From NCBI GenBank assembly GCA_030141605.1, contig JAQGDQ010000068.1:558001-622000 (forward strand): a stretch of 64,000 bases of DNA, written 5' to 3'. The stretch is from Tubiluchus corallicola (Eukaryota > Animalia > Priapulida). Of the stretch, positions 38,521-51,168 are shown piece after piece. Made by a program: the position numbers and the translations under genes. The stretch's first letter is position 1; every line of letters starts with the position of its first letter. The notes beneath the pieces were generated by a model. That model was not told where the DNA came from. It worked only from the letters and a program-made list of their open reading frames with translations, and ran no database searches.

Positions 38521-41274
38521 CAATTACAAGAAGAAAGACCAGCTGTGTAACGGCGTAATGGGGTCGGTTCTTAGGGTGATAAAGTAACCGAGACCTGACC
38601 ACTAGCCGAGTGTGATAAGGGCTTACAGCTAGGGGGGGGGTTCTCGCAGTGTTACTCCTTTAGTCATCAGGCGTCGATTACGTCTTCATACATAAATAGC
38701 AAAAGAGTTAAGCTTAGGTTTAATGATATATTTTGACATGACAATTTAAACATATTAAGCTAGGTTGTAATACAATGCACACACAAAATGTACATAACGT
38801 ATAGCTACTTCATTAATATTAGTGCTCTAGCTAAATACTAATACCGTGACGACAAGTAAAGGAGGAAATAATGTACAGACGTCCAATTGGTCGGCAGGTT
38901 TCTCAACAAGTCCTGTTCACCACAAAGAGCAAAAAGGAGCTCCTGACGACAGGTATCTGTGGCTCACCACCAGCGTACTCCCACCATTGGTCTTGGGAAC
39001 TCCAAGCCTCACTAATGGCTGACTCGTATGGGAATCCTCTCAAGCAACGACTCTAATGACTCGGAGGCCGACTTCCACCACTACGATGGTCTCACAAGGT
39101 GTGTGATTATCTACCAGTCCATCAAATACGGCCACTAATCACCATTTCATGGCGGCTGTACCACATTCATTCATAACAATTGACGTCAAACATATTAGTC
39201 TATCGCCCCGCCCCCGCTGCAATGTAAGCACACTCAGCAGCATTCATGACAACAGCTCACCCAGGACAACTGTCTAAGCTAAAATAAACTAAACAACATG
39301 ACAGTCACAACTAATGTCTAATCAGCAGATAAACTGATTACTCTTTTTCATAAACACTAATTTGCGTAGCAGCAGCTATTTTAACACGAAATTAACACTT
39401 CAAGTAGCCAAAAAATGACTTTTCAATTTAAACAGAATGTAGAAATGAAGTTTCAAAGCACTACAAAATACAGAGACATAAATATAATAAAGAAAATAAG
39501 CCAGTTAGCCTTGCTTTTTTACAATAAACGAGCAACAAAATTATTAAGTCTTTCTTGCATTTAAACATACAAACATCAAGTTTGCGATGTATTTTTCTAT
39601 ACTAATTGATCACGTGCTCGTCTGCAAGATTTGTTAAGTTTTTGTATTTTTCCGTTTATTAGGCTACGGAAATGGAATAAATTTGATTGTTCCATTCCAT
39701 AGAGGACCCTTATATTGAATGCCCGAGTCACATAAATCCCAATGGTATCTTTTAACCTTGATTATAACCTTGAGTACAATTAGCTAATATTACATTGATG
39801 TATAATATAAGTTTTTACTACATTTGAATTAATTTTGACTGTGAAAATCCCATTGGGGTTTATAAAAACTGGTGAGGAAAGGAAACATTTTATTTTGTCT
39901 TTATTTAAAGTTAATCAAATAGTTGTTTTTATTTTGCAAAGCCATAAACTAAACTAAACTGCGTATTTTCGTGATTGCAAAATGGTTTAATCAGCAACTC
40001 ATAGACGTAAGCGTTGTGTATTTCTTCCTATAAACGAAACTAGACTATATGTTTCCCCATTTCACTTGCAATTTCAATTGACAGTAATAAAATCTAGAAC
40101 AAGGCCAATATTTCTCCCGCTAACTAATGAAAAGTTGAGCATTTTTCATAACAGCGTTAGAAGGAGCTGTAGCTAAATATCCCGAACGTACCTGCTGCAG
40201 GGGTGTGTGAAAGAACTTGCACGCTGACTGGGCAGTCAACGAAAATGATTGACATTATGTTAGACGTCAATTACACTGCAAATAGTTCTTGCACCTAGCG
40301 CTCCATTCATTAGTGTAATTACGAAACAATAAAGGCTCAAAGCATCAAACTGCTGACAATCGTTCAACGTTTGTCTGGGCTAGTTAAAAGGTGAAAGCAT
40401 TTCTACCACTTCTGAGGTGTGTGTAACTGAACGCCACATACCCCAGACTGACTCCGTCTATTTCCTTACCGGTAACGGCGATCAGGAAATAGGTCAGTGT
40501 CAAGCAAGTGCTTCATAGAATAGCGATTACCACTGTAAGGCGGGAAGAGCTAGAACAACTAATACCTATTATTATCTATGCTCAAACGGGGTAGCTATAA
40601 ACAGTAGGGTTGCTAATATGAGGTAGTTACGGAGCAATAACAGCAATAACAATAGTGGTACGAAGAGAGGCACCATAGACCTATGGGGCCGTCTCAAGCT
40701 GCATTAAAAGCGCACATTACACCTCTTGAGCTTCCATTGAATCAAGGAGAAAGGATTGTTTAAACGATGGCAAAAATTTACTTTTAAATAAAGGAGAAAT
40801 TTTTCCATCAGAAGGATCAAAGCATCAATGGCATGTGTGACTGTGACCACAGAGAACAACAAACTACTGGGCATCTGATTTTTGCTATAGTTTAATAAAC
40901 AAAGATAACATGGTGCCACTGTGTAACCAAATTCATGGTGAACGGAACATTAATGAGTACAAAATTTTCATAAATATCGCAAAAGAAATTATCGTGAAGA
41001 AGCTATTAGAATGCCGACAAATAACGTTGCAAATATTAGTCCGGTTCACGACTGCTAAATATTTTTTCTTTTCCCAGTAAAACTTGAATCAGGTAAAATA
41101 TGAAAATTGTTCGAATGTTTGCCTGTTCGAAACGGCACGTTGATCTGTTTCATAACCTTTAGGTTAACCACCCGTCTACTTAAAAGCCTGATGTAATTAA
41201 CAATGTTATAAAATGTGTTTTGTTATAAAAATTCTACATAATAGGGATTGTAAATAGCTTTTTAAAAAAAGTTC

Positions 41275-41277
<3 letters not shown>

Positions 41278-41373
<96 letters not shown>

Positions 41374-41452
41374 AATTATTATTATTATTATTATTATTAT
41401 CATTATTATTATTATTCTTATTATTATTATTATTATTTTACTATTATTATTA
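41278..41452. repeat. (TAT)n microsatellite
   Basis: Directly visible. Confidence 0.95.
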
Positions 41453-44056
41453 TGTCTAAGTGTGTAGCCTATCTGCTTACTTAACTGTGTGTCTGAGTGT
41501 CTGTCTACCTGTCTGGCCGTTTGTCAAAACATTCTTGTGTCTAATTTAATTACAGTGCCTGCTTAATTGTTTATCATGGCTAATCATAATAAAACAGAGT
41601 ACAATTTTAGCAACTGCATGCCTGCACTCTCAAAAATTGCCAGTCTCTTAACTAAAGTGTTTGAAATGCAGCATGTATACGGTCTATACGATTCCAATAC
41701 ATGTAGTTTAAAGCATTTTCCATACGTACAAGAAAAGATCCCTTTTCTGAAACACCAAAATAGCTGCTACGCAATCAACGATAACCGTTGCCAGTGCCTA
41801 TGCCGTGATGATTGTTGCGTTTGCTAGCAGCTTCAATACCCTTGTCACGTGATCAACTTGCATTAGTGGGATCACCTAATGAATGAACCATGAAAGAACG
41901 ACGTCCCGCGATAGTACCATCCTTAATGCGCCACTAAATGCAGTGCCAGTAGTAAAATTTGATTAGTTTTCGCTGAAAGGTGTCAGTAGCATCATGCTAA
42001 ATGATCTCCGCTAATCCTAAGACTTCAAATATCTTCAAAGTGTAATTCTTCATCACAAAACTCGATATTTTTTTGCTAAAAAAGCTAGGAAGCTGACTGC
42101 AAGAGTGAAGTCTTCATAACAGCTTCATGACACCTCAAGAACCTTTCAATCTTGAAGCAGTGAAAGGGAACTAGCAAGTAAGTCAAGAAACGCATTAAAT
42201 TTCTTGCTTGTATAACTATCAATCGTGATTTTTTTCAATGCCTGACGTGCAGCACGTAAGATCTCATGTACACAGTTAGACACAGTTACATAGCAAATAT
42301 ACTGCATACTTGAGGCATTCAGTAGTAATAATTCAAAATACAAGCTTAGGCCTATATCCATTCAAAATATACGTAATCCGAGTGACAAAGTCGGATTTGA
42401 AGATATTCCGGTTTGCCAGCAACATCTCGACTCACAAATACTTGAGCGACAATTTCAGAATATTTAAGCGTTTGAAACAACTAGCTTTGCCTTCACGAAC
42501 TAAGTAGGAACTAAATTACTTCAACATCTATATTAAGTCAGGAAAAACTCAAAACTTGGCCACTTGGCGTAGTACTACAGTGCACCCAATAAATAAATTT
42601 ATGTATTACCCATTAATGACTCCCGTCTGCCATTTACTGACCGGTAACGTGGCAGGCTTCAGTGCTGCAGGTGGCACTGCATGAGATGCACAAGTGGATG
42701 ACAGTAACATCTTGGACACGTGTATTACAGTTTCTAAAAATTTCCATAATTGGAACCACCATAATTGTGACACGCGTCTCAGCCATTCTTACCGTCCAGA
42801 AGTAACCCAATTTAGTGCATTGAGCTATTCTTTTGTCCCCTGCATTCCATGTTATTTAAGAGGTGATGATGTGTCCTACTATGTTTTTGTCTTTGAACAA
42901 GAGACCCATCCAAGGTTACCAATTGTCCACAACGTCTGTCCAGCAGGTTTTATAAGCCAAACAAGTCGTCTTATAGTGGCATTCCATACTCGAATTTGAC
43001 AACTACCTTTGAGGCTATTTATCACTGATGTTTTATGATCGCTAGTGGTCATAATTTTGTTTAGTGTAGTAATTTTCGCTGACTGGGCGCATAGCAGGTG
43101 CTCTTACTCGGGGAATGCCGGCTGTTGGGGGTAAATTCGTAGTTCTAATTGACCTCGTGATGGCTTTCGAATTCTGCTGTAGGCTGTTTTTAGTTTATCT
43201 CATTTTAAAACAAGTTTTACAGCAACGTCCTCTTGCAGCCTACTGTCTCTGAAAAGCTTTCAACGTTGAAAGCTCCTTTTCTGTAATGGGATTATGATGT
43301 GAAACAGTAAAAACTTCAATAAGAATCTTGGACGTCAATGAATGTTCATGTACAAACTCGCCGTCATCCATCTTCGATGACTGTCAAACTAGACGAAAAT
43401 TTTGTGTGTTTCTGTAGAGTCAATTATCTGTGTTTAGAAGACGAATGAGCCGTTTAAGCCCTCATTTTAAATTAGCAAATCTCGTAGTCTTCTGCTGTAC
43501 GCGCATTATTGTTGGCTGAATTTTGAAATTTTTGACTTTGTATCTATTAAATTTTCACAGAGACACAAAATACACATAATTTATGCATTAGTACTAGTAG
43601 CTGAGCAAAAACGTCGAGCTCATGCTAGTTCGAATAATGCTAACAGTTAGACATGTGAATTTACAAAATTTACAAAATTACAAAATACAGCTTACATTCA
43701 GTTTTAAAGTTTAGTATTGAAACGTCTCAGAATAACTTACTTCATATATGCCACCTTGTGTGGAATGGCTAACCCTTTTCGACAGCCTTCTTCTGTAACC
43801 AATCAGTTTTACCGATTTCGTTCCTTTTCTCCTTGATAACGAACTGGTCTGACGCACTGCATATTGGTTGCTATAATTGCAGTATCACTTTTACTGTAAA
43901 CTCTACTAGTTTCTTTATAGAACTGAAAAAGAAATTAGTGATAATGTTGATGATAACGATGAGTCATTGACGTCTTGAACTGTAACAAAGGTAATAGCAA
44001 CAAATGATATTATTAAGGCGGCTATTGTAATAATAATATACAAATTGTTTAAAGGA

Positions 44057-44362
44057 TAGCGGTGAGCATTCTCTACCAGAATACGAACTCGAATCGAATC
44101 GATTCGAACCACTAGTAAAAAGTGGCCTTACGAAGTACGAAGATCATATATAGTACTTGATTTTGTTCGGCAGTAAAACCACTACATTAGTATTAAACAT
44201 TTCGCACAGGAACTGCAGCGAAATTGTACTATTTCCATGCTGTTTAATGATAAAGAACATTTGTGGCTGAAGTACTGAATTATTCGAATCTATAATTTTA
44301 GGTTCGAATCGTATTTGAACTAAAAAACTCGTTCGAGCTCGAACATTCGATGCTCACCCCTA
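44057..44362. mobile_element. hAT-like MITE
   Basis: TIRs TAGCGGTGAGCAT / ATGCTCACCCCTA, near-perfect 8-bp TSD (TTAAAGGA / GTAAAGGA) and subterminal TCGAA repeats. Confidence 0.7.
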
Positions 44363-46384
44363 GTAAAGGAATGAAAACTCCCTAATGCAACAGAGGTGAA
44401 GTTAACTCAAAGCTAGTCTGGAATGCGAAGCACTGAATTACTGGCTTATGTCATTTTTTTCTGCCTAACTGACAACATTTGTCATCTAGAACACTATTTA
44501 CGAAAAGTGCTACCGTGGCAAAGTATCCACCAAATTTTAGCTTTCGCTTTAGCTTCCTAGCTGCTCTACAAGCTGATCTTGCTAGCTGAAATAGCAACAA
44601 GTTCTTTGATCGCCTTGACTTTTACACCGCTACTCGCTACACTCCCAGGCTAATTTCGGTCAAAGTGTACCTTTCTCTCTTCTTCCTTATTTTCTCGGTT
44701 TCTCACACACATTCTCTCTTTCGTTCCTTTCTCTTTCCTCTCCCTCTCTCTCGTTCTAGTCGTTGCCTAATATTATACCTTTATCCTGTGAAATCACTAT
44801 TAGACTATTAGAACGTGTAATTAGAACGCGACTGTCGACACCATCTGCTCAAATAATTTTTACTATTGAAACAACGCTTAACCGTCAAAAAACAGGACAT
44901 AATCTAGGATGGAAATAAATTTTTCAAAAAAAACTAATGCTAGCGGCTACGCTCCAGGCCATGGCTATCAAAACGTGACTTTGTTTCACATGAGCAGTAC
45001 GTATAAGTTTTTGTCGAATAGTGCTGGTCTCATCTAAAACCGCTCTTTCGTTCCTGAGACATAACAAACCCGTTACTTTTTATTTATGATCTATTAGTGA
45101 CCGTGGATTAATTCACTAAATGCCCATTTGATTTCTGGACGTCTTTTTAGTTCGGTATCCAGGGCATAATAAATCTGGAATCCAGTACGTAATGGCAATT
45201 TCTTAGACGATATACTTCACTGGCTGAGGTGTCTGCGCCATGTTTCATTTGTAAGAATTTACTCCTTTAATGAATAAATGGCAAGGTTTGCATTAGATGA
45301 ACGAGAACATCATAACTCTATAGAGTTATCCGCAAATGAGTAATCCAAAAACTGTTATTTAAGAAAACGGGAAAACATAGTCAAAAAACATTATTGCACA
45401 ATTCTTTTCCTGCCTCAGACCATTTTTATTTTTGAACTTACAGCAGGTCGAAATTCTTTGAAAATCGCTATTTCGCAACATAAAAATTCTAATAACCGAG
45501 TATAAACTGTGATGTTTCACCATTAACGCCTGTAACTCCGCCAAGTGGTGGTTTATTCATTCTCAGCACGATCCGTGGTAATTTTACAGCAAGTATACGA
45601 CGTCAACAGGCAAGAAATGCAATTAACACTGTGAAGTGTGGCGTATAATTCAATCCTTCCTTGCAGGTGAAACAGTTTCGTTTATACGATCAAAATTTTG
45701 TAAAAAAATCCACACAAAAAGAAGAAAGAATGTAACGTTTCAGGTCACTATTGTGGAGTATATTCGAGTAAAAAATAAAGCCCAAACAATGATTAAATAC
45801 ACATTCACTGTAACAAATTTCATTGCACTGTTTTGTACATATTTTAAATAAAATATCTGTACCGCTATTGATAAACACAGAAAATACCACACCGTGAAAA
45901 GAGACATTAATTAAGCCCAGAATCTACAGTACATAAAAATCACCAAAAGCAGTACAAAGCAACAACACTGCTAACGTTTTGTGCTATTTTCTTTTCCTTT
46001 CGTTTTTTCTTATGTTTACTTGAAGCTCGAAGCGGTGGACAGAAACTTCAAGTCTTTTCTCTTCTTTTTGTGGAATTTTTATTAATTGTACCAATTATTG
46101 TAATTGTCAATACGATCAACACATTGCAATAATCAAATATGTATCATATTATAAAGTGGCGGACTAAAAAAAACAGTTGTCTCCGATAATATTATAGCAA
46201 AAAATGATAATTCAATTTCAATATCCCGTCGGTTGGACGACACATTGACATTGCTAATTGACGTTAATAAGTTTGCCAGTTTTAACCAAATTGCGACAGC
46301 TGGCACTGTTAATAGAAAACAATAAATTTAAGCCCGACGGTGCCACATTTGTCAAAATCTCTTATGCAGGGACAAATTTGTTAT

Positions 46385-47090
46385 TTTTATAATAATAATA
46401 AATCTTTATTCAATAAATTAACGTATATACAAAAAGCTGCCTCTTTTTACAGGCTCAGATCAACAATTTACATTTTCATATAACAAATCTTTTAAATATT
46501 TCCAGTTTCACACTATGTACAACGAATATCATATTATACTTAAATTAAATTTAATTTCAAATAATTCACAAGTATTATACACATGAATTAACTTTATACA
46601 CATACATAATTTATTTTTGTATACTCGAGCGGGCCTAAATTAACAATTATTTAGTATAAAACTATCTCTGATCAGGTTAGTAAAAGCCATTATTAAATTT
46701 TTATCTGATTGAAGCATAATATTACTTGCATAATTGGCATCAGCTATTTCTATGAAACGCATTCTTTTGCATTATCTACTTTATTGCATCTGAATGAAAT
46801 GTGCTGAGGAGTTAGCTCTTCTTCTCCGCATGGACATAAACTAGTATCACACATATTAACTCTATACAAAAAGCTGTTAAAATTCCCCTGGCCAATTGAA
46901 AAAAGACATGGCCATGGATTCTAGTTTCCTTTCATTATTTCCAAGCTGCAAGATCAATGGTTTACATTTTATACTCTGCATTTCAACATTTTCTCCTCCA
47001 AGTTGCATAACATGTCTATATTTATTTAACCAGGTACAAGAAACATAATCCATAATTTGACGTTTAGTATACTTTAACATATTTTCAAGA
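46385..47090 (-). mobile_element. Probable LINE 3' end remnant
   Basis: The minus strand ends in AATAAAG plus a (TTA)n tail after a disrupted coding-like stretch. No catalytic motif is visible. Confidence 0.35.
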
Positions 47091-47749
47091 ACGTTGTTAG
47101 TCGTTAGTCGTTGAAATGCGCCGAACGCCCTACTGGTGATAGACCAGCGTTTGTCCGCGGCGCTTTGAGGTCAAAATCAATCCGTTACGGCTGCTTTAGA
47201 TTGCTTTATCATTCACATATCTCCACGGACTTTTCCATCTTGGACGATATGTAACATCAGCAGTAGCAGCAGCAGCACCAACTGTAATAGTAACAGTAGA
47301 TTTATTCTTCGTAATAAATTACATGTTTTTTACTACAACAGATCAATTTTTATGATTAACAACAATTTATGGAGCGTTTTTAACTGCAACGACGAGTCGT
47401 GTCACATTAAACATTACAATGACCAATTTTACGCGTCAGTTCAGTTCTTTTAGAATAAAATGTTTCTCGTCCTGCATAAATTTATTTGGTTGAAAAAATT
47501 CATATAATCTCTCTACGCTTTCGTTGCCTTCGGCTCATTTTTTTCAATAGCCAAGTCATGAAAAATTAAACGTAGTCGTACAACATTTCTATAAAGTGTG
47601 GTAAACTAATTTCTATAATCACAAAATCCAGAAATTAAGTCTGGGTTTATGCTCACACAATACAGATACTTTCATCTTCCTTGCCTTGCTGCTACTCGTA
47701 TGCGGTTTCTTAGGTCAACCCTATCATCCTTTTCCTATTTTCACCAGAT

Positions 47750-48200
47750 TTATACTTGGTAACCAAAGACTTGTAAACATTAACAATTTACAATCATTTT
47801 GAGGGATACAGTCTAATTATCTTCATAATGTTATCGTTATCTCTTTTCATAATATTAGCCTATTCCGCCAATTAATTTGACTTTGCTGTATTAAAGAGTC
47901 TAGTGATAGCATACATAAATCAAATAGTGCTGAATCATTTGACCATCTGACCCCAGCCATACATTTTATCTTCTTCATGTATTCGGTTTTCAATCATTTG
48001 CATCGCTCTTTCCCCCATGTTTCACAATTATACAGTAGTGTACTCACAATTATACAATTAGCAAAAAACTCATTTTTCCTAATATAAAGTGAAATGCATG
48101 AATAAGTTGTAATATTTTGTACAACGGTATCACCTGAACTTGAATTCGTGAATTAGATCACAAGATGCATGTATAATCCGATATTCGAGAGCCCATGTAT
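47750..48200 (-). mobile_element. RTE-clade LINE fragment
   Basis: The minus strand encodes IVSTLLYNCETW...KKIKCMAGVRWS, matching the LLYGCETW...RRILGVxW signature downstream of the RT domain in RTE elements. Interrupted by stops. Confidence 0.55.
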
Positions 48201-49220
48201 GTGACTGAGTGTTTGTGCTTTATAATGCCCGTACGCATTTCTAACAAATTACAATCAGACTCAGCAACAAGATTGAAACACAAAAATGACACTTTGTCGG
48301 TTGCAGTGATATGTTATTTGTGTCACAATAATTTTCAACAAACGGTAAATTCTGTTTACGCTTTACCCTTGATGTTGCAAGACTAACAGTCATCAGCATG
48401 AATTAAAATATATGTCATTTCAATTACATAATAGCAGTTAAAATTGCCTCCCCCTTCACATATATCTGACTCAAATAACGAACTGACATCTGCCTTTTAG
48501 GCGTCAGTTAACCGGCGCTTTTTGTATGAAAAGACATGCGTTAATTCCGTGACCTGGTCATACTAAAAACTTTAAAAAGTGGTACTCACTCTTTCTCTTT
48601 AAGGTACCTCAACTAATCGCAGCAAAATAGAGTAATAATAGTTGTTCTTTTGTATTCTTACCGTTACATTGTTGAGTTATCTGTTATAAGAGTATTGATG
48701 ATGACAAAGGGCTGAAGTCCGGGCTAGCTGGCTTATACTGTTTGTAATATCGACTCTAACCAAGTATAATATTGTACCATCTCAAAAAACCAATTTTGTT
48801 AATCATTTAATTAGTAAACTGAGTGTACGAGAAACTTGCTAGTCGTTTGTATGCGCCCGTGTGTTTCGTATAATTGCTTCAAATTCGTTCGTCACGCCTC
48901 GCAGATGTAATTGTGCATCACGTTATGGCTACGTTCGAGTGTTTTATCGTCTACTTATATCTCCTTGGACTTTTCCTTCTTCGACAATACGCAATCGTTG
49001 GAGTATTGAACCATTTATTTTGCCTAATGCATCAGATCGTCGCATCTTTGCGCCTTCGTTCCCTTGAGGTCTTAAAATATGTTATCACATTTATGGAACG
49101 ATCCAGGCTTCCTGTTTCACTATAACTACACCAAGCTGAAAACGCTGCGCGGGATATACGCGCTTTTTATAGGGCGAATGAACAGCTGAATGGTCATTTC
49201 ATGTAGTAACTAAAAATAAC

Positions 49221-49590
49221 TTCAATTATTCACAATCTTAATGTCAAAATTATCATTAATGGTGGAATACACCTACAATTAATTAAATATGATACCAAAC
49301 TCGAAAAGTGTGAAACAAGAAATGTGAAATATTGGAACGCAGCTTGAATCTGAACCAGGACCTTCGGTTGTATTTCCCCATGATTACAACAGTCCAAAGT
49401 TCATGCTTTCTAACTGGTCAAACCATTTCAGCATTTGCGATGTTAGATTGCTTACTCTACAGTGATTCTATCCAATTAGATGATTTTTGTTTGGTTAACT
49501 TTGAGTCCGAAATTTCTGGGGGTAATTAATCAATTATTAATAATCTTAATGTCAAGATTATCATTAATGATGGAACAAACCCAAAACTAA
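49221..49590 (-). mobile_element. tRNA-headed tandem repeat, reverse orientation, ~1.2 units
   Basis: The reverse complement carries CCGAAGGTCCTGGTTCAGATTC and two copies of the body CCATCATTAATGATAATCTTGACATTAAG. Confidence 0.6.
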
Positions 49591-50223
49591 ATGTGGGTTT
49601 GCTGTACCATTGATATAGCTTGTAAATAGACGGGTGGCCCAACGGGAAAACTGCCTCTGAGTGGCTTCTTCTACCGTACTACTTTCCGCTAATAACAAAA
49701 CAAGTCATATATACGGACAGACCGTAAAACGGTATAATAGATAATAAGTTGAAGATAAATAGTGGTGTGTCAAATGCCAATGTCGCATACAGGCTAACAT
49801 CCTGCGATGTGCCTCTGTGGTGCACCGTCATTTTATTTTTAATACTCCACAAACTGTACAGAAACGTGTACAAGAAAGGCATTAAATTTTGTAACTGTAA
49901 TGTAATACATTTATTTGCATTACAAATAGAAATGTTTTTCATTTCTTTACCGTAGGGTTTTTTATTAGAAAACAATATGGGAGTCTGCATTTGTGTAAAT
50001 GGTTTGTTTTTTAGTAGAATGTTGTTTCTAATAAAGCTCCAGCCACAAAAGATACCACACCATAAACATTAATTACCAATTAGCTTGTTCGCAGGGGAAG
50101 ATCATTTTTGACGCTTATTCTAATCGCAAACTAGATTATTGTTCCAGTGCTAGGGCTGTAGTAAAAAGTGTCGTTTTAGTTGAATGATCTAGGAATAAAC
50201 ATGAACTTTTTGTTTATTTTTAG

Positions 50224-51168
50224 GTAATTCGAATTATAATGGTGCACAGTCGAATGCACACGGCGACAAATGTCTTCATCAGCAGTCTAGCTATGTCTGA
50301 TCTTCTCTTCATGGTGGGCATCCCCTTTATTATCACCACAAGAATAACCATCAAGTGGATGCTTGGTGAGAGACTATGCGATATCATCTTCTTCCTTATG
50401 TTCATCTGCGGCAGTTCTTCCATTGTGACTATGAGCGCCATTAGCTTTGATCGCTGGATTCTGATCTGCCACCCGCAATGGCGACACCTAACGAAGATAC
50501 AAGCAGTGGGCGTGGCTTTCCTCATGTGGCTGCTAGCCATTGGCATATCGATCCCACTAGCAATATCTTTCAGCGTCGGCAATCAGTTCGGTGAAGAATA
50601 TCTTTACTGCACAATAATATGGCCGCCATACATTAATGGTAGAATTTACATAATGGTAGCGACCATGTTCCTTCTCATCATTCCCACAGTGTTTATAACA
50701 GTAAATTACGGACGAATATTTTACACAATCAGAGAATCCCAAAGACGAGTGCGTGGGAACAAATCGAGCAGCATTAGCTCCCAACAATTACGGCTCATTA
50801 AACTACTTGTAACAATTGTTCATTTGTTTGCTACTATGTATACACCCTTCTTCGTCCTCAACGTACTACTGTTGTATACCAATGTACCTGTGAGCTCTAC
50901 CCACTATACGTGGTGTGTGATATTGTGTCTGCTCAATGCTGCATGCAACCCATACGTGTACTTTTACTTTAATGACAATTTCAGGCATCATTTTCTTAAC
51001 TACATGCGCTGCAGGTGTAAGTCGGAAGACGAAGCATCGACGCTGGAACTCCAATCCACTCTAGGTAGAAATGGAAGTATGAGATGCAGCACGAAGTTTA
51101 CCACTTATGACAGGTCAAGTGTACATACACCCGCACCGTTAGCTGCTAAACTTAGCCAAGCTTTATGA
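50224..51168 (+). CDS. FFAR4-like GPCR paralog 2, coding exon 3 (TM2-TM7); full protein ~367 aa
   Basis: Acceptor TTTATTTTTAG| at 50223 is in frame with ORF 50239..51168. Motifs SLAMSD, IPFIITTR, WMLG..LC, DRW, YCTIIWP, FATMYTP, NPYVY. AATAAA at ~51205. Confidence 0.92.
   Translation, partial: VIRIIMVHSRMHTATNVFISSLAMSDLLFMVGIPFIITTRITIKWMLGERLCDIIFFLMFICGSSSIVTMSAISFDRWILICHPQWRHLTKIQAVGVAFLMWLLAIGISIPLAISFSVGNQFGEEYLYCTIIWPPYINGRIYIMVATMFLLIIPTVFITVNYGRIFYTIRESQRRVRGNKSSSISSQQLRLIKLLVTIVHLFATMYTPFFVLNVLLLYTNVPVSSTHYTWCVILCLLNAACNPYVYFYFNDNFRHHFLNYMRCRCKSEDEASTLELQSTLGRNGSMRCSTKFTTYDRSSVHTPAPLAAKLSQAL

Noticed and set aside
38546-39220. Possible LTR plus polypurine tract (TGTAACGG... / CCCCGCCCCC)
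   Set aside because: No TSD or second LTR could be identified.
42140-43010. Coding-like minus-strand stretches
   Set aside because: Multiple stops in all frames and no recognisable family.
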